A stretch of 61,421 nucleotides of DNA, counting the filler, from Choristocarpus tenellus KU-1152 (taxonomy: Eukaryota; Protista; Phaeophyceae), in assembly GCA_964200185.2 (NCBI GenBank). It is 10 parts of 10 records of this genome, joined end to end, with 100 filler letters (N's around TTAATTAATTAA, not from the genome) between each part and the next. Parts side by side here need not be neighbours in the genome. Positions count along the whole stretch, not along the records: positions 6,545 to 18,682 come from CAXNAD020001959.1; positions 18,783 to 26,817 come from CAXNAD020005243.1; 8 more parts are not named here. One strand, written 5' to 3'. The stretch's first letter is position 1, and the number at the start of each line of letters is the position of its first letter. The notes beneath the pieces are model-generated. The model had not been told where the DNA came from. It ran no database searches and saw only the letters and a program-made list of their open reading frames with translations. Below are positions 12,023 to 24,813 of the stretch, piece after piece. Both the position numbers and the translations under genes were made by a program.

Positions 12023-13711
12023 GGAATGAAGTAATGAGCATATTGTATTGCCAGCTTGCAAAACTTTTGCAAAACACGATCAAATTGATAGTGACAACTT
12101 TTGACTCACTATGGTGCCAAAAAATATATATACTATTCTAAAATTAAAATAGTAATAGTAATTGAACATGCTATTCTAACATTAATATAGTAATAGTAAT
12201 TGAATGTGCTATTTTAAAATTAAAATAGTAATAGTAATTGAACATGATATATTAAAATTAAAATGCTAATATTAATAGCGCATAATTGGTTTTGATGGAT
12301 GTGACAAGCAATTGGTGCCATCATGATATAACCCTGTGTACTTGAACTGTAAGGCTAATCTAATCTAATCTAATCTAAACAATCTATCCACAATCTTTCA
12401 TCATTCACCCATCTAGTCTACAAGTAGACTATCAATACATAGACTTCCTCTGATTGGAAATATACCACAGGTTTGGACATAATCAAACTGTGTACCTCAC
12501 GCCCTTCAGCCAAGATTCTTAAACTGAATTTACCATAGTGAAGACAACACTCCATTGGAAAATTCAAATATCATCTTCAATTCACAAGTATGGTTTGGGG
12601 AAGGCCAAGGACCTCAAAGGAGGGTAAAACCAAGACCTTCTTTACTTCAATTTGACCAAGACCTTTACTTCAATTTGCAATCCCTTCTTGAGGTCAAAGC
12701 CCTTCAAACTCCAGTTACTAACCCTAACCCTCAAACTCAAACCATATCTGAGATGATAAAGATAAAAAATAATACTCTGGTTGAAAGAATAGTCTCTATG
12801 TAACTGCCAATAATGGTCATTGATAAATGGCGACATCAAGCAAGGTGATGAGATGTTTGTAACTGCCAATAACAGTTAAACCATCACAAAGCTTCAGAAG
12901 GGCTACAAGATCCAAAAGGATGATGATCTAATGGATCCCAGCAGTAGAGGCGTACATACAGTGGGAAAAGGCATCAATCACCATCAATCACCATCAATCA
13001 CCATCAATCACCATCAATTACCATCAATCACCATCAATCACCATCAATCACCATCAATTACCTATGAGACACCTGTGAAATTATTCACACACAAAAACAC
13101 CCTGTAGTTAACCCTGTAGTTAACCCTCACAAGTAACCTTAACATACCACTATCGAATCATCACAACACCACACCCTAACCCTAAGCAAGGTTACTTTTA
13201 GGGGATGCTCAACCTACCTCAAGCCGTTCCTTATTGATGAGTGCAATTTACAAAGGTTGAGGTGGGCAGTGTACTTGGTGACCAAGTTGTGCCCCATCAT
13301 TTTGAAAACTGGCTTGGTGCATGTGATGATAACTGGTTTTTCATCTACATGGTGGCCATAGTTATACTATGTTGTACTAATAGCCCTATGATGACAAGGG
13401 GTGAGTCTCTCTCTCCTACCTACAACATGTAACACAACATGATCAACAGCATAGCACATTATTATCCTAACCCTAACCCTAAACCTAACCCTAAAATGAA
13501 ATGAAAAGACCAACCTGAGCTATGTTTCTGAAGAGAGGAACTACCACAGTATGGTTAACTATGCTTAAACTTCACAAGACCACCATGTCTTTTCTTTAAT
13601 ATTCTCACCTGGAACAGTCTTCTTGCCCCCGACTTGACTTTCCTTCTCCCCTGTTTGTCCCTCGCCTTGACCAGGAGGTTCTGCATCAGTCATGCCCTCA
13701 CCTGGTGCCTC
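10000..13711 (-). CDS. Unidentified multi-exon gene, acidic/Gly-rich low-complexity C-terminal region
   Basis: Phase-compatible exon pairs 13711-13609 (EAPGEGMTDAEPPG...) to 13344-13218 (DEKPVIITCTKPVFKMMGHNL...), and about 11450-11123 (DDDEDDLYGDLYGGLG...DIMEALK) to 10194-10000 (GLEGPVFVCVAHH...LLQDA*). The linking exons are uncertain. Confidence 0.5.
12134..12265. repeat. 38-bp minisatellite, about 3.5 copies
   Basis: tattctaaaattaaaatagtaatagtaattgaacatgc recurs at 12134, 12172 and 12210. Confidence 0.85.
12972..13042. repeat. 10-bp tandem repeat (CATCAATCAC)n
   Basis: Directly visible, about 7 copies. Confidence 0.9.
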
Positions 13712-16418
13712 CTATCAATAGTACACAAAGGAAGGGGCACCACTCAACATCAAGCCATGTACAAGTACGTTTGGAATAAAAACACTATCCTAAGACAATT
13801 TTACATACATACATACATACATTGATTCACAAAAATTAGGGTTAGGGATTACAACTGTGTGCATAGAACTGTATTATTCTCATTACATTATAGTTACTGA
13901 AATGTAAAATAGAGCCATCCACTCTAAACAACACCACCCTAACCCCATCACACTAAAAGAAAACACCTTCGTATCATCAACATCATGAACATAATGGATA
14001 GTAGAAATACTATGACTGAACCAAGAGGTAGATTGGAAGACCATCAAGTCATCAACACCTCACCCACAGACCTTGGAGTAGTGACTACCTGCAAATGAGC
14101 ACTACAATACCAAAAAAGGAACCAAAAAAGGTACATTGTGTAGTCAGGGTCATGGGCGGGGCATCAAAGGGACTGTCTGACTGTCTTCAAACCCCCTCAC
14201 TATCTTTGCCATGAGTATTTACTAGATCCTGATTAGATTCAATAATCCAGATTGGTCAGATCCAACAATACCTTCCCACCTTCTCATTTCACACATTTGA
14301 AAAATTATTATTATTATTATATTATTATTTCTAGTATATTATGCATGTCTGAATGACTTATCCTGTAGCAGAATAAAATTTCACTTTTCCTTATAAAATA
14401 TAAAGTGTCTATTTTGGTCAAATGTGCATACAATAAAGAATCAAATTCTCACTGCTGAAATGGAAAAAAAACACTATTTGTGATTAATCACAGTTTCAAC
14501 ATAAAAAAAAAGAAATGCACTCCCTCTTGTCCTGCCCAGAGTGAATAGTGAAATAGTATTATGATATTGTTATTCCTTCAATACGAAATTGTGTTGAGCA
14601 CAAAAATAGGCAAGTTAAACCTCAGTCAATGTTCTCAACAATAATTTGAAACAGTTCCTAGAACATAAAGCCTTTACTACTAATGCTAATGCTGTTACTA
14701 ATGTTGAGTTACAGGCTTGTAATGAGTTGGTTTGAGTTGGTTCAAGACAACGATGTAATGATTGTAATGAGGTAATGGTGTAATGATTGTAGCCAGAAAA
14801 ATAAAATAAGTGCCAATTCCAGGAAAAATCGGAGATTCCGACAAATACAACCTGTTAATTGGGGGATTGGTGTATCAGTGTGGTATTAGAAGGTATACCA
14901 CAACATATATATATACATATTATGTATATATATACCACCGAGAGTATGTACTCATATATATACATATTATGTATATATATACCACCGAGAGGTTGTACTC
15001 AATAGTTTACATCATCTCTTTCTTTTCTTTCACAGTAGTTAGAAGCTAGTCATACAGTTAAACCAACTCTTATCACTTCTACAATTTACTTCCATGATTG
15101 CAGTTAGTTCAACTTGAAGTTGAAGCTGAATGTGATTGTGACAGTTTCTAAGTTGAGGCTGAAGTTGTGTCTATATAAAAAATAAAAAAATCCATCAAAA
15201 GGCTCACACCATAAAACACAGAGATTGTGAAGCTGTCACAACAAGAGTGACAGTGGGTACACTATTTCACAATAGTGTCCAACACCACCAATGTACTCCA
15301 TCCTCCGGCATGTACTGTTACTACCATTACTTTAGTCCATCTCCAATTTACTAAATTTCACTTTGTAATACACCTACTCTGTTGCTAACAGTATATCCAC
15401 ATATTACTATCAATACATGCATGAATGTAAATAAAACACCTAAGTTCCTCCTGTCTCCACACAAGCAGTGATATACACGCACTACACAATTCACATCAGT
15501 CACATCAATCAGCAATAATAAATAATAATAAATACTCATCCCCCTGAGGAAAAATAACTACATCACAAGTCTTACAATATTGTTCCAAAGTGTGACCAGG
15601 TAGGGTACATGAAGGTAGGTATTTGTAAGTACTACTAATAATAAACAACAAATGAGAGGTATTTTGACTAAATACAACCATAATAATACAAACTAATACA
15701 AACTTGTTGACCTATCCGATTCATGCAACTTATGATCAAACAATCTAGGCGATAGACTGCATGATCAAAACTGACACACCAATAGTGTACTGAGTGTAAC
15801 CCACTGAACAGTCATATTAACTTTTTACTGACATTATTTAACTATTTAACTGAATCGTGACTTGTAACAACCAAAGAAGAGAACAGCTAGCTCTTGTTGG
15901 CAATATATAGTAATGATAATTGTGATTACTCAAGTGGAACTAAATATATAAGATAATTGTGATCACAATGACAATACAAACTATCAACACTTGTATGGTC
16001 AAATTAGAATAATATCCATAATATTAATAAAACAATGCCATCCAGTTCTTAGAGAGTACCCCTACTCCAAGGTTAGTGCTAGGGTTCCTACACATATAAA
16101 CAAACATGTCTCACTATCTCTGTCTATATCATACCATATCCCACTGGCTAATCATTGCTTGATACTCCCAATACAGGGAAGTAAAGGTGCCCATGAAGTA
16201 TAAACAATCACCCTATAAAGGCATAGCATATGATATAAAATATATGATACAAAACGTATGATATATCAATATCACATTGTACACAGCTTGGAATTAGAAG
16301 GTAATGCCAGATCAACAGCATATACCCAACCAGTTGAGGAGTCATGTGCCTAGTTATCACATACAACCTTTGAGGAGGAGGGTGTGTTTGAGAAAACTTG
16401 TCAACAATGTACAAAGGC

Positions 16419-17176
16419 CTATCAAGTAAGACCATCAAGTGAGATCAAGTAAGATCACCATGTAAGACCATCAAGTAAGACAATCAAGTAAGATCACCAT
16501 GTAAGACCATCAAGTAAGATCACCAAGTAAGACCATCAAGTAAGATCATCAAGTAAGACTATCAAGTAAGACCATCAAGTAAGATCATCAAGTAAGACTA
16601 TCACGTAAGATCACCATGTAAGACCATCAAGTAAGACTATCAAGTAAGACTATCAAGTAAGATCACCAAGTAAGACTATCAAGTAAGACTATCAAGTAAG
16701 ATCACCAAGTAAGACCATCAAGTAAGATCACCAAGTAAGACTATCAAGTAAGACTATCAAGTAAGATCATCAAGTAAGACTATCAAGTAAGACTATCAAG
16801 TAAGATCACCAAGTAAGACTATCAAGTAAGATCATCAAGTAAGATCATCAAGTAAGACCATCAAGTAAGACTATCAAGTAAGACTATCAAGTAAGACTAT
16901 CAAGTAAGATCACCAAGTAAGACCATCAAGTAAGATCACCAAGTAAGATCACCAAGTAAGACTATCAAGTAAGATCATCAAGTAAGACTATCAAGTAAGA
17001 TCACCATGTAAGACCATCAAGTAAGACTATCAAGTAAGACCATCAAGTAAGATCATCAAGTAAGACTATCAAATAAGACCATCAAGTAAGATCACCAAGT
17101 AAGACTATCAAGTAAGATCATCAAGTAAGACTATCAAGTAAGATCACCATGTAAGACCATCAAGTAAGACTATCAA
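16419..17176. repeat. 13-bp minisatellite with interspersed variant units, about 58 copies
   Basis: Near-constant AGTAAGA plus a hexamer that is one of CTATCA, CCATCA, TCACCA or TCATCA. Confidence 0.95.
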
Positions 17177-17212
17177 ATCTCCTATTGAACGAAACAAAAC
17201 AAGTGCATTGAA

Positions 17213-17295
17213 TATTTAGTAATGTCTAGTAATATTTAGTAATGTCTAGTTATATGTAGTAATGTCTAGTAATATTTAGTAATGTCTAGTAATGT
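17213..17295. repeat. 10-bp tandem repeat (TAGTAATGTC/TAGTAATATT)
   Basis: Directly visible. Confidence 0.85.
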
Positions 17296-18099
17296 TTGTT
17301 AGAGAGGAGTGATTCCAATTTAGTAGAGTCAAAGTGGTCAGACTGGGGTACAATGCAACACAATATAATATAATATAATACATAATATAATATAATGTCA
17401 ACCATCAAGCACATTGCATCAAATCACATCACATCAATACTATTACATAGAATGCTACAATCTTCTACAGGGTGGGTGCACCTTAATCAGTATTCTCACT
17501 TTAGTTACCAAGGTATTAGATAATTATTAATAACCCCACAAACTCAGTTTTGAAGGATTTGAATCGATGTAGCCGGTTGGCGAAAATTAATAAAATAAAT
17601 ATGGAGGAGGTCAGTCAGATATTAACACCTTGTTTTATGTTTATTAATAGTTCAGTCATCACACAATTTTGTTATTACAGTCATCAAGTTTGTTCAATGC
17701 AGGAAATTCTTTTCCTATGGAAGAAGCTCATGCAAATAAGCACTTAACCAGTTACTTGCCCTAACCCCAACCAGGTGACTCAGGACTTCTAGAACAATGG
17801 TCTAGAAATAAAAATAAAATACGACTTATAACAAAATAAAAAACCCCTCTTAGTAAAAAATAAAATATTGGAAGATTAAAAAAAATCTCAGATGAAAACA
17901 AAACACTTTACGCTGCAGCATATTGACACAGTACTCTCTTACATTAAAACAATACACCACATGGTTTTCTCAACCTATACCTCCAATACATTCTTTATAT
18001 AAAACATACAACTATCATAAAATACAATAAATACAGTACAGTACAATATAGTACAATGCAATATACAATAAATACAATAACCTCCTCCTTGCCTTTTTT

Positions 18100-18468
18100 T
18101 CAATCCCTGACATGCCTCTCGAGCCCCCTTGACCCTAATAGTCCTACAACAGTATTGCAAATGACTTCCAAGACATCTAGATGAGCAATTAACCCATACG
18201 TATTTTTTACAAATGATCCCTGTACCTCCGATTGAAGGTTATGTCGTACAGTTGAGTCCTTTCCATCTGATCCATCTAATCCATCTTGATCCACAACCAT
18301 CTCCCCCATCATTAGATCATCATCTTCATCAAGAGGGTCTTCTAACATGAGGTCAAAGTTCAAACCAGTGTATAGCCCACTGTTGGCATGTCTTGCTTCA
18401 ACCAGTGTCTGATATGTGCTTGAAGAGACTAACCCACGCACAATAGATAGAGGTGCTAACCCACTAGC
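18100..18468 (-). CDS. Probable coding exon of an unidentified gene
   Basis: In-frame acceptor (atgcag|gct) and a 122-codon protein-like frame ASGLAPLSIVRGLV...LIAHLDVLEVICNTVVGLLG. Confidence 0.45.
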   Translation of the reverse strand, partial: ASGLAPLSIVRGLVSSSTYQTLVEARHANSGLYTGLNFDLMLEDPLDEDDDLMMGEMVVDQDGLDGSDGKDSTVRHNLQSEVQGSFVKNTYGLIAHLDVLEVICNTVVGLLGSRGLERHVRD

Positions 18469-18487
18469 CTGCATCGTACAATCAACG

Positions 18488-18682
18488 TTAGTCATTGTTA
18501 GTCATTGCATAGTCAATCTTAGTCATTGTATAGTCAATTTTAATAATTGAATAGTCATTGTATAGCCAATGTTAGTCATTGAATAGCCATTGTATAGTCA
18601 ATGTTAGTCATTGAATAGCCATTGTATAGTCAATGTTAGTCATTGAATAGCCATTGTATAGTCAATGTTAGTCATTGAATAG
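18488..18682. repeat. 32-bp minisatellite built from 10-11-bp subunits, running into the contig end
   Basis: gtcaatgttagtcattgaatagccattgtata with period 32 (18597, 18629, 18661). Confidence 0.85.
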
Positions 18683-18782
18683 NNNNNNNNNNNNNNNNNN
18701 NNNNNNNNNNNNNNNNNNNNNNNNNNTTAATTAATTAANNNNNNNNNNNNNNNNNNNNNNNNNNNNNNNNNNNNNNNNNNNN

Positions 18783-18969
18783 GCGGCGAAGGCGACAGCG
18801 GGGGGGACAGCCGGATCAAACCTACACCAGGGTGTCCATTTGGATCAAAATAAGGAAAATTGCATTTACATTATCCATCCAAAGTATGAAACCAAATCAC
18901 ACATTAAGCACGATATGAAAAAAAAAGACCCCAAATAGACAGCCGCTGCCCCCCGGATACTTTGAGTCC
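18783..18969 (+). mobile_element. MITE family B copy at contig start
   Basis: cagggtgtccatttgg...attatccatcc...accaaatcac...cccaaatagacagccgc...ggatactttgagtcc. Confidence 0.8.
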
Positions 18970-19498
18970 AGACCACCAAACCAACATCACAACCACGATG
19001 GACTGGGTGGATCAGATGGCAATGATGGGACATGATATGTCCCCACATCTTCTTCAAATAATCATGGTGAACAGGTTGGATCTAACTATGTAATCACCAA
19101 GTACTGCCCACAACATCATGGGAAAGAAGGGACAGATCTGGACAATGATACGCTCCCACCTGTTTTCTGTTGGCCACCGTACCCAAAGTGACCTTTAATC
19201 TTCTGCCCCCTCTGCTTTTCTTGCCAGGCGCCATCTCTGACCAGTCAATACTTACAACTGTTTAGGTGGGAACAACCTCCGCTGGCAGCAAATATATTGA
19301 AAATGTCCCCCTTTCCGCAGTTAAAACATATCGCTTCACAAATACATTGGCCGATATGCTTTCACAGTCCACACCTCTCACATCTGACACAAGTTACGGC
19401 CGTGCATCCTCCCGTATCTTGCCTAGCATATGCCCCCCCTCGCAATATCAAGCTGTTCCCATGTGTTGACTCGAACTTGATGGTTCCAATATATGTCA

Positions 19499-19678
19499 GA
19501 CCCAAAATATCTGTGGGGGGGGGGATCTATATCAGGGTGTCCATTTGGGCCATAACCAGGAAAAATTCACTTTCATTATCCATCCGACGTATCAACCAAA
19601 TCACCCAAACATCGCTACATGGAAAAAATTGAACCCAAATGGACAGCCGCCACCCCCCCCTCCCAGGTACTTCAAGCC
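19499..19678 (+). mobile_element. MITE family B full copy (180 bp)
   Basis: Degenerate TIR gacccaaaatatctg ... caggtacttcaagcc (consensus GGCTCAAAGTATCTGGGGG), flanked by tca/tca. Confidence 0.8.
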
Positions 19679-22600
19679 TCAGAGTATTCCTTTATCAGAG
19701 TTCTGACCGAACGATTCCCAGCTAACAATAATCGTACAATTATGCACACATTATATGCATTCTACCAAACAGAACCTTGAAACAAGCAAAGAATGCAATG
19801 CAATCAATATCTTTTGTTGTAGATGTGTCTTATTACCTCATTAATTTTCTTGTACTACGTTCATGTGGCGGAGTGAAACAATAGCTTTAAAACGAGTGTC
19901 TAAAAAGGGCGACCTTGATTAGATGCTGAGTACATCATTATTGCTACAGCAATTGACCCATCACTGGTAGTTCGCGCATTCAAGGGTTACAATAGTATAC
20001 TACAGAAATGCCACATGCTATTTGTATTCATCCTACGGTACAGTATGTGGGTTGACAGATGCTTAATAAAATCATTTGGTAATACCCACTGTTCCGCTTC
20101 AGCATGGCATGCAGTACCATCCATACGTAAGGAACAAGAAATTATGGGGGTATTTTCTTGGTGCACTGTATCCATATCAATGCAATGAATTTGATCAGTA
20201 CAATGGCAGAGGCACAGTGGCATCGTGGGCGGCAATAGCTACAGATGTCACTGAGGTCAAACGGCAGTTGAGGGGTCTGCTTGGTTGATCAACAAATTTC
20301 AAAGGATACATGTAGCACGAGGGACAGACTCATTCTGACCTAAATAAGATTCATACCAGGAGGGTGAACCTCATGATGGAAATCTGTCTAAACATCCTGC
20401 TCACAAATCACACTGGAAAGTGTCAAATCAATAATAGCGTAGCCCTTTAACAGCCTCAGGGACTCCTGTGTCTATTGCTGCCCACAACACCTCTGCTACT
20501 AGTCATTTGCACATCCTCTCCTCATCCCAAAAGCAATGGATGTCTACGTGATTTCCAAATCCATGGGGGCCTAAGTGGTACTCTCTTTATCCGATTTGAA
20601 TCTCAGATATTTTTTCATGAGCTACCTACATTCTTCATAAAGCAATGAAAGCATGCAACCAGGGGGGTCCTTTACTAGCCCACGGGCTACAGGTTCTTTT
20701 GACTCTTTAGTTTGTTGACTTGGTGTGACTCTATCCCTGCAACCAGATGCTTTGCACTTGATATAATAGGCAATGTTTTCAAATAGGTCAATGCCGGAGA
20801 ACTGGTAGGCTGAGGGTGCCCAACTAAATGCTTGAAATAGGTGAGTAGTTCACGACAACAATGTGTCTCTAAGGCAGAATTCACCTCCAATTAATCAAAT
20901 AAACAAGATGGCATCTGGTTGTGTATGCAAACAAAGCGGGCCTCAAAATGAACTATTGCAAAGTCATGTTTACTTGTGAGAAATCTCTGAAGAACGGTGT
21001 GGTGTAGCATCATGCAAAAGAGAAAAAAAATCGATTCTTCGCACAACAATGTTCTAAACTCATTCCATGTGTCTACATTTATCTCCCAATGTATGTATGA
21101 GGGGTTGCAGGTGTCTTGAAATATCAAAAGTAAATTAACTTTTCACTTCTGAGAAAATGTGTGCATCAGGTGTACATGCAATCCGAACCGTAAGATTAAC
21201 TAATACTGTGTATGTTAAATATGTTTTGCAAACTATACAGCAGTAATTTCCCTTGTGTTGAAGGATTATAGCAAGCAAGGTAATCTCAACATCAAATTTG
21301 AAACTTCTTCATTTCATAGAAAATACATTGTTATGTAACACCAACAACAGCTCAGGACCTCATTTCAATATCCTCTCATCCTCTCAATGGAATGTACTCT
21401 TTCGATAATACGGGAGGAGCCACAAACTACACCATTGACCACATGCACAGGCCGATAGAAAACAGTGAGGTCAAGAGTGTGATCACTGCATATATGTTCA
21501 AGTGATGAGGGATGGAGGGGATGTATCGGCAGACAACAATTTGTCAAGATTACCAGGCAGGGCGGCAAGAGAGCAGCATGGTGCAATTGCACTACATCAC
21601 GGTGAGAAGGATAGTAGGGACAAGGTTTGAGGAGGTAACAGAGTGAATATCTATACACATTGTGTCCTAACAATTGCCATCACAACCTGAATCACGATTC
21701 ACATCCCACCACCTGTCTCCCATGTCAATTTCCCCCCTGTTCTGGGTAAGTGTAAATGAAACGTTTTTGTCACGTGCATTGAGAAAAGGACAGGCAACTT
21801 CTTATGCAATTTTCTCTTGCTGCCTATAGTAGTTCGACTGTGATATACTCCAGAATACATATTTACGGCTGGTGTACAATCCAAGACCACTAGGCGTGGT
21901 AAAACGTAAAAATACAAGTTGGAGTGCTTTCCGCAATCTTTAGAGGTGTTGAGGTCAACCAGCTGTGGAAACAGATACAATGGCAAGGTGTTCAACAAAC
22001 AAGACAATATGTGCACACCATGTAATGATTCCATGAATATGGATTTATGAGTGGGGAAGGAAAGACCTTGTAGCATAGAGGATAACTTTGCATCCCACTG
22101 GTACCTTCGAGGGCAATGAGCACCTACATGCCTAAAGGTTGTTGAGGGCAGGAAGGATGAATGACGAGTTGTCGTAACACATATTCGCAAATTTATATAT
22201 TATGTGCAAGAACAAAAACAATGTAACCCACTCATGAAACTCTGGGAATATATTTGTGCAGTAGAGTGCCTGTAGGGTTGTCGCAGACAGGGTCAACAAA
22301 TAATTGAGTTGTGGCCCCTTTGAAGTTTAGGTAAGATACAGACTTTGAAAGACGTGAGGGTGTATTTACAAATTGTCCTCTCTAGCCTCTATTTCAACAC
22401 AACAAACCAACTAAGAACAATACCAAAACCTCTGCACAACAAAAATTGTCTGGAGTGGGCTCAAAGTTTTAAATTCTTGCTAGGGTCAAGGTTATTACAA
22501 ATAGTACCATACAGGTCTGGCAAAGATGAAGGATAACCGAAATCTTAAACCGTGTCTCAGGAATCTTCGATACTACCAGGGAATTCGTAACACTGCTCCC

Positions 22601-24813
22601 ATTTCATCTGTGGCAGAAAGGTGGGCACATGCTACTAATTCAGCTAATGCTAATTTGCGTACTTACCTCGGAGTTGTGGAACTGGTACGATCTACTCTCG
22701 GGTTGATTGGCTGATCATCGCCAGATGTAGTAGATCATGTCCGTAGAGTGCTCGTAGGTTGGTATCGAAGAGCACACAAGATGGAGAGAGGATGCAGATG
22801 AACCTATGTCACGTCGTGAGGATGCACACTTAGTAGGGCAGACTGGGGCTGGACTGTACGTGTGGGACGATAGGTGTTACAACATGATGGTCAGGTGGGT
22901 TGCTTTGAGTTAAGGGATGCAACAAATAGTATCGATTATCTTATCCATGATGACCACGGGTAGAACTGGAGGGAAAACGATTTAAGATGTACGCTGAGAG
23001 TTGGCTAGAGACAAAGCATTTACGAGTATGTCCTACCAGTGTGCTTCCCGGGGGCTGCCCCAGTGTACGAAGGAAGGAAGACTTTAGAATGGACTGGCCA
23101 GACTATTGGGATTTAAATGCCAATTTGGACTCTACCAGATATAGTTGATTTCGATTGCACTTATCGTGAGTTCTTCATTGAAAGCTGCTTGTTTTAGTTG
23201 TTCTTTCATACATCGAATGCCAACGTTCCATCTCCCCTACACGGACCTTATTTCTTTCTGGTATTCTCCCATTTTGTGGTGCTTCACTACTGGTGGCTTA
23301 GATCCCGTTTTAAAACTTTGATGGGTGACTGGTGTAATGGTGTAAGAGCAAACATAGTATTTGAGTTACGGCATCGATACCACATGGGCATAGATTGCGT
23401 GCTTATTTGGCAATTAGCGGTGTGACTTCGCCAGGGCAACAAGGCTACTCTGCTATCCTATGGTAGTTCGCCAGCGCATACTATGGGTCAAAGAAAGGCA
23501 ATACATTCGAGGAGGACATCATCACCTGTGCAGCTGGAGGGACGGCGCGTAGAGAGAGAAAGTGCACCTACGCACCTTCTGTCGCATCTCGCTTGGCTTG
23601 CTTTTTCACCACGAAGGTCAGCAATGTGCCACTCTATAAAAGGTCTGATATTGGAAATTGATATATTCTTCCCACAGCTGGCTTATATATCCCCTGTAAA
23701 ATGTATGGGAGGGAATCGTCATGTCGCATTGATAAGACTACTGTGATCCTCGCTGATTTTCCCTAGTTCCTACTTCCTACCTTCTTTATGATAACATCCA
23801 CATAATATTTTGAAGCATTGCATCATTCATCCAACTGATGTCTATTGTGAGTGGAAGGGTGGATATTAGGTTGATGTCCAATCTAGTCTTCAACGGTTCA
23901 GGGTGGAAGTTGGAAGTAGAGTATTCTAATGATAAGAACATACCAACGATCAAATTTCCCAATTTGAAATTTCTTAGGTTACAATCTGGATCTGTTGTAA
24001 ATGCATATTAACATCTATATTTGTAATTTATTTTCTCATTAGTGCCCCTTCTCCACAAATTGTAGTCTTAAATGTGATTCGGGGTATTACAAACATTCTA
24101 TTCTTTCTTATATACTATAGCTTATATCAATATATAGTATACACCACTAAAACTTAAATAGGACGAATAAACAACATACGACATACGAGTAGAAATTGGA
24201 ATAAGATCACAGAATGAATGTCCAACCACAACTCTCTTGTAGTATGGTTTTGTTTTTCTGACACATCTCAAAAATATTAGAGGGAATATTACTATTCCAA
24301 ATATATAGATACAATATATTTTTCATAGTGTTCTTTTTCCGAAAACCATCGTCCTTACGCAGAATATTTGATATTAATCGCATCTAAACCCTCAAGTGAA
24401 TACGAACTGGAATAAGTCGGGAAAATGATATCATTAGTAGCAATGTTTGTGATGCAATCTTGGTTCTTCCTTACACATATTACAAAATGTGAGAGGGTAT
24501 GAAAATCTAAAATTTTAACGTAATTGTTTTAGTTTTTGTATTTATCATGATTGACATCTTACACATGTGTAAAGGGAAAAACTGATGAAAAGCCAATTCA
24601 ATACTTATTTTAATTAGAAATTCGATTAAGTGTGAAAGATATCATTGTATTATTATTATTTTTTGCTGTTTTATGGTACACCACTCCTGTCTCCAACCTC
24701 GCTTAGCCCTACATCGCAGGGCAAGGAGTTAGGGAAGCACCCCAAGAATCTGAAAGCCCCCCCCTTGACCATCTCCCTGGTGTGGGCTTCAGAATTGTAA
24801 TAATATATATTTA

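Noticed and set aside
16419-17176. CRISPR-like array
   Set aside because: The 13-bp period has only four recurring hexamer variants, no unique spacers and no cas genes, in a eukaryotic context.
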